Source: a virus (Duplodnaviria > Caudoviricetes). Taken from it: a stretch of 52,968 nt of DNA. The stretch spans positions 1-52,968 of IMG/VR virus record IMGVR_UViG_3300030329_000759. One strand, written 5' to 3'. The notes under the pieces are model-generated. The model had not been told where the DNA came from. It did no database searches and saw nothing but the letters and a program-made list of their open reading frames with translations. Each line of letters starts with the position of its first letter. Within the stretch, counting starts at the first letter, position 1. This document shows positions 27,431 to 36,651 of the stretch, in pieces. A program made the position numbers and the translations under genes.

Positions 27431-27539
27431 AACTAAAAAAACAATGAAAGGTACTGTTGTACCTACTATGATGCCATCATTAACAATTATTGTTGGTGTA
27501 AGTAGAAAAAGTAAAAAAGATAAAAAAAAGAAAACTTAA
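27420..27539 (+). CDS. 39-aa basic peptide
   Basis: Hand-translated MTPKTKK...KKKKT; fills the gap. Confidence 0.45.
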   Translation: MTPKTKKTMKGTVVPTMMPSLTIIVGVSRKSKKDKKKKT

Positions 27540-27917
27540 ATGCCAATAGCAAATAATAGTAGTAAAAAATTTGTAACTGAAACTGTAAATGTAACTTCTA
27601 CGGATGGAACAGCTAATGCAACCTCCCTTTATACTTGTCCTACTAATTTTACTTCATTGGTTAAATTACTTTTGGTTAGTTCAGGAAGTGGGGGGAGTAA
27701 GCAAGTATCCGTTCAGTTATTCGATAACTCAGCTTCAGCATATAACACATTAGTAACTGGACTAAGAATGGAGTCTAGTTCAATTACTAATATACTAGAT
27801 GGTGATCAATTAGCATTACATAGTGGGGATCAGTTAGTAGCTTTTGCAGGTGCAGGTGCTACTAGTAATTTTACATTAACATTGTCAGCAGAAGAGTTTT
27901 TTGATCCTTTGAGGTAA
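27540..27917 (+). CDS. Beta-rich putative structural protein
   Basis: LYTCP motif; S/T-rich. Confidence 0.65.
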   Translation: MPIANNSSKKFVTETVNVTSTDGTANATSLYTCPTNFTSLVKLLLVSSGSGGSKQVSVQLFDNSASAYNTLVTGLRMESSSITNILDGDQLALHSGDQLVAFAGAGATSNFTLTLSAEEFFDPLR

Positions 27918-27921
27918 GTAT

Positions 27922-28014
27922 ATGGGTTTAATATTATTTTTAATTATTGTTGTACCTCCAATAGTGGGTGCTATTATACTAGATTTTAAATTAGGACAAT
28001 TTCATGGCAACTAA
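27922..28014 (+). CDS. 30-aa membrane peptide
   Basis: Hand-translated MGLILFLIIVVPPIVGAIILD...; GAGGT RBS. Confidence 0.45.
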   Translation: MGLILFLIIVVPPIVGAIILDFKLGQFHGN

Positions 28015-28189
28015 AAAGAAGAGTACAGTAAATGTGGCTGGAAACTATACGAAACCTGCATTACGCAAAAGAATATTTAATCAAGTTAAGGCAGGTGGCA
28101 AAGGTGGAGCACCTGGACAATGGTCGGCAAGAAAAGCCCAAATGCTCGCACAAAAATATAAAAAAGCAGGGGGTGGGTACAAAAGTTGA
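28004..28189 (+). CDS. Small basic protein (GQWSARKAQ motif; DUF5872-like)
   Basis: NYTKP...GGKGG.PGQWSARKAQMLA..YKKAGGGY; family name from recall. Confidence 0.7.
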   Translation: MATKKKSTVNVAGNYTKPALRKRIFNQVKAGGKGGAPGQWSARKAQMLAQKYKKAGGGYKS

Positions 28190-28488
28190 CATCCAAGCCT
28201 AGAATAGCTAGAAAGAAAGGACAGCCTAGAAAGTCTAAGAAACATTCTGATTTGTACACAGATGAAGATCCTAAAGGTACGATCAAAGGTTTAAAGTTTG
28301 CTACAGAGGCGGATGCTAAAAGAAGTGTTGCAATTATTAGAAAAAGTGGTAGAACACATGCACATAAGATACAAGCAGCAATAGCTATGGAACAAAGGGC
28401 AAAAGCAGCAGGAAAATTAAAAGCTGCTGCTGTATATAGAAAGTTTATCAATGCTATGAAACTAAAAACTAAAGAAAGAAAAAAATAA
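28186..28488 (+). CDS. Small basic protein
   Basis: HSDLYTDEDPKGTI.GL.F; K/R-rich. Confidence 0.7.
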   Translation: MTSKPRIARKKGQPRKSKKHSDLYTDEDPKGTIKGLKFATEADAKRSVAIIRKSGRTHAHKIQAAIAMEQRAKAAGKLKAAAVYRKFINAMKLKTKERKK

Positions 28489-28489
28489 T

Positions 28490-28750
28490 ATGGCATTAGC
28501 TAAATCACAACGAAGTTTAAAATCATGGACTAAACAAAAATGGAGGACGAAAAGTGGAAAACCTAGTACACAAGGCCCAAGAGCTACAGGAGAAAGGTAT
28601 CTCCCAAGTAAAGCAATTGCTGGATTATCAGCACAGGAGTATGCTGCAACTAGTAGAGCAAAACGAAAAGGCACTAGAAAAGGCAAACAATTTGTGGCTC
28701 AACCTAGTAAAATTGCCAAAAAAACAAGGGGCTACAGAAAAGTAACATGA
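28490..28750 (+). CDS. Small basic protein (SLKSWTKQKW motif)
   Basis: K/R-rich; TGERYLP. Confidence 0.7.
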   Translation: MALAKSQRSLKSWTKQKWRTKSGKPSTQGPRATGERYLPSKAIAGLSAQEYAATSRAKRKGTRKGKQFVAQPSKIAKKTRGYRKVT

Positions 28751-29121
28751 AGACCTTAACTGAAAAACAACAAAAGTTTCTTGATGTTTTATTTGATGAA
28801 GCAGGTGGAGATGTTGTTAGAGCAAAAGAATTAGCAGGATACTCTCCTAATAATTCAACCACAACAATCATTAAAGCAATTAAAGAAGAGATTGTTGAGG
28901 CTACTCAATTGTACATGGCAAGAAATGCTCCTAGAGCAGCCATGTCAATTGTTAGTGGTATGGTTGAACCTACGGAGCTTGGAATAAAAGACAAGTTAAC
29001 TGCTGCTAAAGATTTGTTAGACAGAGTAGGACTTGTTAAAACAGAAAAGCTACAGGTAGAAGCTAACAATGGTTTGATGATCTTGCCACCTAAAGATAGT
29101 GATGAGAGAGAAACTTCCTGA
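28747..29121 (+). CDS. terS: Terminase small subunit-like protein
   Basis: LTEKQQKFL...A..AGYS HTH; upstream of TerL. Confidence 0.7.
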   Translation: MKTLTEKQQKFLDVLFDEAGGDVVRAKELAGYSPNNSTTTIIKAIKEEIVEATQLYMARNAPRAAMSIVSGMVEPTELGIKDKLTAAKDLLDRVGLVKTEKLQVEANNGLMILPPKDSDERETS

Positions 29122-29533
29122 TATAGGCACTTGGGTTTTACCACAACCTAAAGAAGCATTTGATAATGAATCTTTTGTGCCAATCCCCTATTTAAAAAAA
29201 TCTAAATTTATTCCTTTTGGATATAAAGTATCTGAGGATGATCCTGATATTCTAGAACCTATACCACAAGAGTTAAAAGCTCTTGAAAAAGCAAAGGAAT
29301 ATGTTAAGAGATACTCATCAAGGCATGTAGCAGTATGGTTAAAAAAGGTTACAGGCAGATCTATATCACATACAGGACTTTTAAAAAGAATAAAAGATGA
29401 AGGAAGAAACAAAAGGAAATCTCAGGCACTTAGACAATGGGCCAGAAGGCTTGAAAAAGCCATCTCGATTGCAGAAAAGTACGAAAAAACCAAAGGTTAT
29501 AAAGAAACGAGTACAGAAGAAACAAAAGCCTAA
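29099..29533 (+). CDS. DNA-binding protein resembling a serine-recombinase 'Recombinase' domain
   Basis: IPFGY...E...SSRHVAVWL...GRSISH; no catalytic YxRxS domain. Confidence 0.55.
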   Translation: MMREKLPDIGTWVLPQPKEAFDNESFVPIPYLKKSKFIPFGYKVSEDDPDILEPIPQELKALEKAKEYVKRYSSRHVAVWLKKVTGRSISHTGLLKRIKDEGRNKRKSQALRQWARRLEKAISIAEKYEKTKGYKETSTEETKA

Positions 29534-30980
29534 GTTAAACGTACAAGAACAACCTGAGAATATAGAAGAATTAGATTTATCTGAGCAAAATGTAATATTT
29601 AAACCTAATGCTGGGCCTCAAACTAGGTTTTTAGCAGCAGGTGAAAGAGAAGTTTTGTATGGTGGAGCAGCAGGAGGTGGTAAATCCTATGCTATGTTAG
29701 CTGATCCACTACGTTATATGGCTCACCCACAGTTTAGTGGGTTGTTATTGAGGCATACAACGGAAGAATTAAGGGAATTGATTTGGAAAAGTCAAGAAAT
29801 GTACCCTAAGATATACCCAGGCATTAAGTGGTCAGAAAGAAAAATGCAATGGGTAGCTCCAAGTGGAGCAAGATTATGGTTTTCGTACCTTGATAGAGAT
29901 GAAGATGTACTTAGATATCAAGGTTTAGCATTTAGTTGGGTAGGATTTGACGAGTTAACTCAATGGCCTACACCTTTTCCTTGGGATTATATGAGGTCAA
30001 GGCTTAGAAGTACAGCAAAAGACTTACCTGTATATGCTAGAGCCACTACTAATCCTGGTGGGCCTGGACATGCATGGGTAAAAAAGATGTTTATTGATCC
30101 TGCAAAGCCTAATGATTCTTTTTGGGCTACAGATATAGAAACAGGGAATGTTTTAACTTACCCAAAAGGACATAGTAAAGAGGGAGAACCTTTATTTAAA
30201 AGAAAATTTATACCTGCATCATTAATGGATAATCCATTCTTAGCAGAGCAAGGTGATTATGAAACAATGTTGCTTTCATTACCTGAAAATCAAAGAAAAC
30301 AATTGTTAGATGGTAATTGGGATGTATCTGAGGGTGCAGCATTTACAGAATTTAATAGAGATATACATGTAATTGAAGATGAAACTATACCTAGCAGTTG
30401 GACAAGATTTAGATCATGTGATTATGGGTATGGTAGTTATTCAGCAGTATTATGGTTTGCTGTAGCACCTGATGAACAGGTAATAGTTTATAGAGAATTG
30501 TATGTTAGTAAAGTATTAGCTAAAGATTTAGCCAATATGATACTAGATATAGAGCAACAAGATGGAAAAATTAGATATGGGGTTTTAGATTCATCTTGTT
30601 GGCATAGAAGAGGAGATACAGGCCCATCTATTGCAGAAACCATGATAATGGAAGGGTGTAGATGGAGGCCATCAGATAGAAGTGGGGGTAGTAGAGTAGC
30701 AGGTAAAAATGAAATACATAGAAGATTACAAATAGATGAGTTTACAGAAGAGCCAAGATTGGTTATAACTAGCAATTGTAGAAATTTAATTGCACAATTA
30801 CCTGTGTTACCTTTGGATAAAAATAATCCAGAGGATATAAACACTAAATCAGAGGATCATTTGTATGATGCTTTAAGATATGGATTAATGAGTAGACCTA
30901 GATCTAGTTTGTGGGATTATGATCCTAATACTGCAAAGACTTCTAGCTTTACACCATCAGATCCTGTTATGGGATATTAA
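29397..30980 (+). CDS. terL: Terminase large subunit (start uncertain)
   Basis: GGAAGGGKS Walker A, GFDE Walker B, TTNPGG, CDYG, DHLYDALRY. Confidence 0.95.
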   Translation: MKEETKGNLRHLDNGPEGLKKPSRLQKSTKKPKVIKKRVQKKQKPKLNVQEQPENIEELDLSEQNVIFKPNAGPQTRFLAAGEREVLYGGAAGGGKSYAMLADPLRYMAHPQFSGLLLRHTTEELRELIWKSQEMYPKIYPGIKWSERKMQWVAPSGARLWFSYLDRDEDVLRYQGLAFSWVGFDELTQWPTPFPWDYMRSRLRSTAKDLPVYARATTNPGGPGHAWVKKMFIDPAKPNDSFWATDIETGNVLTYPKGHSKEGEPLFKRKFIPASLMDNPFLAEQGDYETMLLSLPENQRKQLLDGNWDVSEGAAFTEFNRDIHVIEDETIPSSWTRFRSCDYGYGSYSAVLWFAVAPDEQVIVYRELYVSKVLAKDLANMILDIEQQDGKIRYGVLDSSCWHRRGDTGPSIAETMIMEGCRWRPSDRSGGSRVAGKNEIHRRLQIDEFTEEPRLVITSNCRNLIAQLPVLPLDKNNPEDINTKSEDHLYDALRYGLMSRPRSSLWDYDPNTAKTSSFTPSDPVMGY

Positions 30981-30990
30981 GGAAATTTAA

Positions 30991-33126
30991 ATGGAAGAAG
31001 AATACACAGAAGATAGACAATTTGCATTAGATGATAAAGAAGAAAATGTTGTTACTGAAGACACTATTGTAAATGCAATGGTGTCGCATGTAATGGAGAA
31101 GTATGTAAAAGCAGAAGATTCAAGAAGAATAGATGAAGAGAGATGGCTTAGAGCATACAGAAACTATCGTGGTATATATGGCCCTGATGTACAGTTTACT
31201 GAAGCAGAAAAAAGTAGAGTATTTATCAAGGTAACTAAAACTAAAGTTTTAGCAGCATATAATCAAATTACAGATGTTTTATTTTCTAATAATACTTTCC
31301 CATTAAGTGTTGAGCCTAGCATATTACCTGAAGGTGCAGCAGATGCAGTTCATTTTGATCCTAAAGCACCTGAAGAACAAGAAAGACCTAAAGTAGCTCC
31401 TATGGTTAAATCAATGGAAAGTTTATATGGTTATTCAGGTGGGGATAGATTACCACCAGGTGCAACCATATATTCTTTAATGGATAGATTAGGGCCATTA
31501 AAAGATAAATTAGAAAATATAAAAAATTTAAAAGAGGGTGCAGGTGTTACACCTACTGCTACCACCTTTTATCCATCAATGGTTGCTGCTAAAAAGATGG
31601 AGAAAAAAATTAAAGATCAGTTAGATGCAAGCAATGCTTCTAAACAATTAAGATCATCTGCATTTGAAATGGCATTGTTTGGCACAGGAGTTATGAAAGG
31701 TCCATTTGCAGTAGATAAAGAATATCCTAATTGGAATGAAGATGGTGAATACGATCCTAGAATTAAAACTGTACCATCTACATCACATGTTAGTGTTTGG
31801 AATTTTTATGTAGATCCTGATGCAGATAATATGGACAATGCTGAATATGTTGTTGAAAGACATAAGATGAGTCGTTCTCAAATGAGAGGTTTAAAGAAAA
31901 GACCTTTCTTTAGAACAAACGTAATTGATGAAGTAATTGAGTTAGGAGAATCTTATTACAAAAAATATTGGGAAGATGATCTTAATGACTATCAAGTAGA
32001 TAAAGGCATAGATAGATTCGAGGTATTAGAATATTGGGGTGTAGTTGATAAAAAATTATTAGAAGATAACGAGGTAGATATACCTGAAGACTTAGGAAAT
32101 GTAGATCAACTACAAGCTAATGTATGGTTGTGTAACAACAAAATAATAAGACTTGTTCTTAACCCTTTTAAACCAGCTAAGATTCCGTATTATGCAGTTC
32201 CGTACGAACTAAACCCTTACTCTTTATTCGGAATAGGTATCGCAGAAAACATGGATGATACTCAAACTTTGATGAATGGTTTCATGCGTATGGCAGTTGA
32301 TAATGCAGTCTTATCTGGTAACCTTATATTTGAAGTAGATGAAACTAACATGGTTCCTGGTCAAGATTTATCTGTATTTCCTGGTAAAGTATTTAGAAGA
32401 CAAGGAGGTGCTCCAGGTCAGGGAATATTCGGCACTAAATTCCCTAACGTATCTAATGAAAACATGCAATTGTTTGACAAGGCAAGAGTGTTAGCAGATG
32501 AGTCAACAGGATTCCCATCATTTGCACATGGTCAAACAGGTGTGTCAGGTGTCGGAAGAACAGCAAGTGGTATTAGTATGCTAATGAACGCAGCATCAGG
32601 TTCAATTAAAACAGTTATTAAAAATGTTGATGATTATTTATTACGACCTATCGGTGAAGCATTCTTTAGTTTTAATATGCAATTTGATTATGACCAAGAA
32701 ATTAAAGGTGATTTAGAAGTTAAGGCTAGAGGCACAGAAAGTTTAATGGCTAATGAGGTTCGTAGTCAAAGATTAATGCAATTTTTACAAGTATCTAGCA
32801 ATCCTGCACTAGCACCCTTTGCTAAATTTTCTTACATAATTAGAGAGATAGCTAAGTCAATGGATTTAGATCCAGATAAAGTAACTAATAATATGGAAGA
32901 AGCAGCAAGACAAGCAGAGATAATGAAACAACAACAACCCCCTCAACCACCAATGCAACAGCCACAAGCTGGAGCACCTGGTGTACCTAACGTAGCAGAT
33001 CCTACAGGGTCAGGTGGAGGAAACATAGGTGTAGGACAAGTACCTATACCTGGAGAACAAGGATTCACAGGCAATGAGCAACCACAGCAACAACAACAAG
33101 CAGCAGCACAACCTCCTCAAGCTTAA
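30991..33126 (+). CDS. Portal protein
   Basis: 711 aa after TerL; FGTG, RTASGISML; Q/P-rich tail. Confidence 0.88.
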   Translation: MEEEYTEDRQFALDDKEENVVTEDTIVNAMVSHVMEKYVKAEDSRRIDEERWLRAYRNYRGIYGPDVQFTEAEKSRVFIKVTKTKVLAAYNQITDVLFSNNTFPLSVEPSILPEGAADAVHFDPKAPEEQERPKVAPMVKSMESLYGYSGGDRLPPGATIYSLMDRLGPLKDKLENIKNLKEGAGVTPTATTFYPSMVAAKKMEKKIKDQLDASNASKQLRSSAFEMALFGTGVMKGPFAVDKEYPNWNEDGEYDPRIKTVPSTSHVSVWNFYVDPDADNMDNAEYVVERHKMSRSQMRGLKKRPFFRTNVIDEVIELGESYYKKYWEDDLNDYQVDKGIDRFEVLEYWGVVDKKLLEDNEVDIPEDLGNVDQLQANVWLCNNKIIRLVLNPFKPAKIPYYAVPYELNPYSLFGIGIAENMDDTQTLMNGFMRMAVDNAVLSGNLIFEVDETNMVPGQDLSVFPGKVFRRQGGAPGQGIFGTKFPNVSNENMQLFDKARVLADESTGFPSFAHGQTGVSGVGRTASGISMLMNAASGSIKTVIKNVDDYLLRPIGEAFFSFNMQFDYDQEIKGDLEVKARGTESLMANEVRSQRLMQFLQVSSNPALAPFAKFSYIIREIAKSMDLDPDKVTNNMEEAARQAEIMKQQQPPQPPMQQPQAGAPGVPNVADPTGSGGGNIGVGQVPIPGEQGFTGNEQPQQQQQAAAQPPQA

Positions 33127-33322
33127 AACATTTGTAAACAATACAAATCAATGGAAAGCATTTAATGAGTTGTTAAATTTTTTAACAGACATAGAACATA
33201 AAACAATGGAACAAGCAACTGATCCAATTGATATTTATAGAGCACAAGGCTCTATGAAAACTATTAATTATTTAAAGCATTTAAGAGATTATGTAAATGC
33301 TGAACAGGAGAATAATAAATAA
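33074..33322 (+). CDS. Small portal-adjacent protein
   Basis: IYRAQG motif; position after portal. Confidence 0.7.
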   Translation: MSNHSNNNKQQHNLLKLKTFVNNTNQWKAFNELLNFLTDIEHKTMEQATDPIDIYRAQGSMKTINYLKHLRDYVNAEQENNK

Positions 33323-35421
33323 TGGTAGCACCTTTAGCAGGACTTTTAGCACCTATAGCAGGAGCAGCAGCTAGAGTTGCAGGACAGGCTCTTACTAGAA
33401 GAGGTGCTATGGCTAGAGCTACTGCTGAAATGTTAACAGAAGAAGAAAAGCAACTTGAAAAAACAAAAGAACCTACATTTAAAACAACACCTAAAGATCC
33501 TAGATTTAGAATAAATCCAAAAGATCCTAATGATCTTAGAACATATGAAGAGGGTGGATCTGTAGAAGAACAAACTAAAAAAATGTTTGATACTGCTAAA
33601 CAGTTATCTAAACAAACAGGGGTAAAGCATGAAGTAGATCATGTAAATCCTAAATCAAATGGTGGGTCAGATGATCCTAGTAATTTACAAGTAGTAACAA
33701 AAGAAGAAAACTTAGTAAAAAATTCTGTACAAAGAGGGACGTATAAACCTATGATTGAAAAAATGTACGATCCTAAAAAATATCCAACATATCAAGAGGG
33801 TGGTGCTGTGGAAGATCAAACTAAAAAATTATTACAAGAGGGTGGACTTAATGAGGAAGGTGGCACAGTAGATCCTGTAAGTGGTAATGATGTGCCAGTA
33901 GGTTCTACACAAGAAGAAGTTAGAGATGATATACCTGCACAGCTAAGTGAGGGTGAGTTTGTATTTCCTGCTGATGTAGTTAGGTTCATAGGATTAAATA
34001 ATCTTATGAAACTAAGGCAGGAGGCTAAAGAAGGTCTAGATAAAATGGATCGTATGGGGCAAATGGGAAATGCAGATGAAGCTGTAGAGGATGATAGAGG
34101 AGAGTTTGATACTGAAATAGATAGTATTATTAATGAGGTAGAAAAAGAAATATCAGCAAAAGAAATGCAACCTGAAGAAAATGCAGATAATTTAAAAAAA
34201 AAGATTGAAGAGGGTGTAACAGGATTTAACGTAGGGGGTAGTGTTGAAAATGAAGATGATACAAAAAGAAATTATAGATCACCTTTTGCTATGAAAAGAT
34301 TAGATCCAAGTAAAGGTATGCCTGATACTGAATCAAGTCAGATAGGTAGATCTTTATTAGATAAGAAAGGATTTACATCAGCTAGAGATATAGTCAGTAG
34401 AAAATTTCCTGATATAGTAGATCCAATTAAAGATCCTAATACATCCACTAGAGTTAGAGATAGAAATAAAACTAAACAAGATAATGTAGCAAAAGATTTT
34501 AGTACATTTATATCAGGCCCAAAAGATTATAAAACTTTAACTGATGCTGATGCTAAATCTAATATAATGAATCAATTACAACATCAGAACGAATATTTAA
34601 AACGGCAAGGGCAAGTTTATCCTAATCCAAAAGATCAAGCATTCATAAATCAATATATGGCAACTATTTTAGCACAAGGAGGTATTAAAGATCTAAGGCA
34701 ATTAGGATATAAAGATGTAGAGCAACCTAAAGTACTAGCAGAATTAATTAAAAAAGGTGATAAATATTATCTTAAATCTGAAGAGGTTAGTAGTCATTTA
34801 GACAAATCTAGAAAAAAATCTAAACTTATTGAAGTTTTACCTGAAAATGTAAAAGTAACAAGCAAAAGTTTAGGTATGGGTAGGAAAGAAACTAAGATTG
34901 TTGGTTTAATTCCACAAGCTCCAAAAAGAATTTTAATTAATAAAGATACAGGTGAACAAGTAGTACAAGGTAAGTATGGAGGAGAGTTAGGATACGAACA
35001 AGATATCACTAGATCACTAGGTTATGGCATGAGATCAAAGGGTAAAGCACGAACAAATATAGAAGCAATTAATGTAGCAAATGATCCAAGAAAAGGATTA
35101 AGATGGGGTAATACTACGCAAACTGAAGGCATGACTAACTTTATGATTAGGTTTGATGAGAATGATAATGCTTTAATATATCCTGAATATTCTGATACTT
35201 CAACAGAAAATTTAAATATGTTTGGTGCTAGTGTATTAGCAGGTGCAGCAGCTACATATGGTCCAGGATTAATGTCTAAGGTAGGTACTAAAATAAGTGG
35301 TATAGTTGGAGAATCAACTGTGAAAACAATAGGAAAAGATGTGCTTAAAAAAGTGGGAAAAAATGTACTCAAAAAAGCAGTTACAAATGTGTTAACACCA
35401 CAGGAGAACAAACAAGCATGA
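33322..35421 (+). CDS. Modular putative virion protein: GG motifs, HNH domain, DIPAQLSEGEFV domain
   Basis: HEVDHVNP...GG....NLQ.....N..K; DDIPAQLSEGEFVFPADVV; five xxxGG units outside the HNH core. Confidence 0.75.
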   Translation: MVAPLAGLLAPIAGAAARVAGQALTRRGAMARATAEMLTEEEKQLEKTKEPTFKTTPKDPRFRINPKDPNDLRTYEEGGSVEEQTKKMFDTAKQLSKQTGVKHEVDHVNPKSNGGSDDPSNLQVVTKEENLVKNSVQRGTYKPMIEKMYDPKKYPTYQEGGAVEDQTKKLLQEGGLNEEGGTVDPVSGNDVPVGSTQEEVRDDIPAQLSEGEFVFPADVVRFIGLNNLMKLRQEAKEGLDKMDRMGQMGNADEAVEDDRGEFDTEIDSIINEVEKEISAKEMQPEENADNLKKKIEEGVTGFNVGGSVENEDDTKRNYRSPFAMKRLDPSKGMPDTESSQIGRSLLDKKGFTSARDIVSRKFPDIVDPIKDPNTSTRVRDRNKTKQDNVAKDFSTFISGPKDYKTLTDADAKSNIMNQLQHQNEYLKRQGQVYPNPKDQAFINQYMATILAQGGIKDLRQLGYKDVEQPKVLAELIKKGDKYYLKSEEVSSHLDKSRKKSKLIEVLPENVKVTSKSLGMGRKETKIVGLIPQAPKRILINKDTGEQVVQGKYGGELGYEQDITRSLGYGMRSKGKARTNIEAINVANDPRKGLRWGNTTQTEGMTNFMIRFDENDNALIYPEYSDTSTENLNMFGASVLAGAAATYGPGLMSKVGTKISGIVGESTVKTIGKDVLKKVGKNVLKKAVTNVLTPQENKQA

Positions 35422-35514
35422 GTTAATGATTCCTCATGTAAAATAAAGAATCTATAATTGGCTACCTTATCCCCCCTTACAGGCTACGGATAGCCCCAAT
35501 AAAAAGGAAGTAAA

Positions 35515-36402
35515 ATGGCTGAAGCAGCAGAAGTGATGGAACAAACAGAAGTACAACCACAAAAAAAAGTGGTAGGTTTTGCTAAAAGATCTGTAAACAA
35601 AGAACGGATTGAAAAAGAAGAAAAAGAAATAGAAGAATTAAAAAAACAAAATCTTGAACAGGTAGATGTAACACCTGAAGAAAAAGAAGAACCTGAACCT
35701 ACTACAGCAGAAGAAAGAAGTTTTAAAAAAAGATATGGTGATTTAAGAAGACACTCACAAAAGAAAGAGCATGATCTTCAAAAGCAAATAGATGAGTTAA
35801 GAAATCAATTAGATGCTTCTACAAAAAAACAAATTAAGTTACCTAAATCAGAAGAAGAGTTAGATGAGTGGACTAAAGAGTACCCTGATGTAGCTCAGAT
35901 TGTTGAAACTATAGCTATTAAAAAGGCTAAAGAACAATCCAAAGACATAGAGGACAAACTTAAAAAAATAAATGCAATGCAAGAAGATGCTTTAAGAGAA
36001 AAGGCAGAAGTGCTTTTATTAAAGAAACATCCTGATTTTGTAGAGATTAGAGAGCAAGATGAGTTTCATAATTGGGTAGAAGAACAACCTGAGTGGGTTC
36101 AAAAAGCTCTATATGAAAATGAACATGATGCCAACTCTGCTGCTAGAGCAATAGATTTATACAAAGCTGATATGGGAATTAGCACTAAAAAGATAACTAC
36201 TAAGGACAAAGAATTAAGTGCTGCTAAATCTGTAGGTAAAACACAGAAGAAAAACCCTGATAGTTCATCAGAAGTTGGTATGATTAAAGAGTCTGATGTA
36301 GAAAAAATGACACCTAAACAATACGAAGCTAATGCTGAAGCTATACAAAAAGCAATGCAAAGTGGTAAATTTATATATGATTTAACAGGTTCAGCACGTT
36401 AG
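35515..36402 (+). CDS. Capsid scaffolding protein
   Basis: E/K-rich coiled coil; FKKRYGDLRRH, HPDF; upstream of the major capsid gene. Confidence 0.75.
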   Translation: MAEAAEVMEQTEVQPQKKVVGFAKRSVNKERIEKEEKEIEELKKQNLEQVDVTPEEKEEPEPTTAEERSFKKRYGDLRRHSQKKEHDLQKQIDELRNQLDASTKKQIKLPKSEEELDEWTKEYPDVAQIVETIAIKKAKEQSKDIEDKLKKINAMQEDALREKAEVLLLKKHPDFVEIREQDEFHNWVEEQPEWVQKALYENEHDANSAARAIDLYKADMGISTKKITTKDKELSAAKSVGKTQKKNPDSSSEVGMIKESDVEKMTPKQYEANAEAIQKAMQSGKFIYDLTGSAR

Positions 36403-36405
36403 CAC

Positions 36406-36433
36406 TTGACATTTAACAATTTGTATTTATAAC
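36406..36433 (+). promoter_or_regulatory. Putative capsid promoter
   Basis: TTGACA-16-TATAAC. Confidence 0.55.
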
Positions 36434-36651
36434 AATAGTTCAACAATTAATGTAAATGTAGTTTGCCCCTATATGGACACCAAGTTACATTTACAAATTT
36501 TATAACGCAACAAAGCAATTTTCAGATTACCTGAAACTTGATTGCCCATATTACCTAGCTAAGTAATATGCACCAATAAAGACAGCCTCTAGAATGATTG
36601 TGTAAGTTATGCGTGTTGGATACTTATACTTATTTTTTGAGGAGATTTATC

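Noticed and set aside
36598-36651. 18-codon N-terminal extension of the capsid ORF
   Set aside because: GAGGAG RBS points to ATG 36652; the upstream sequence is leader
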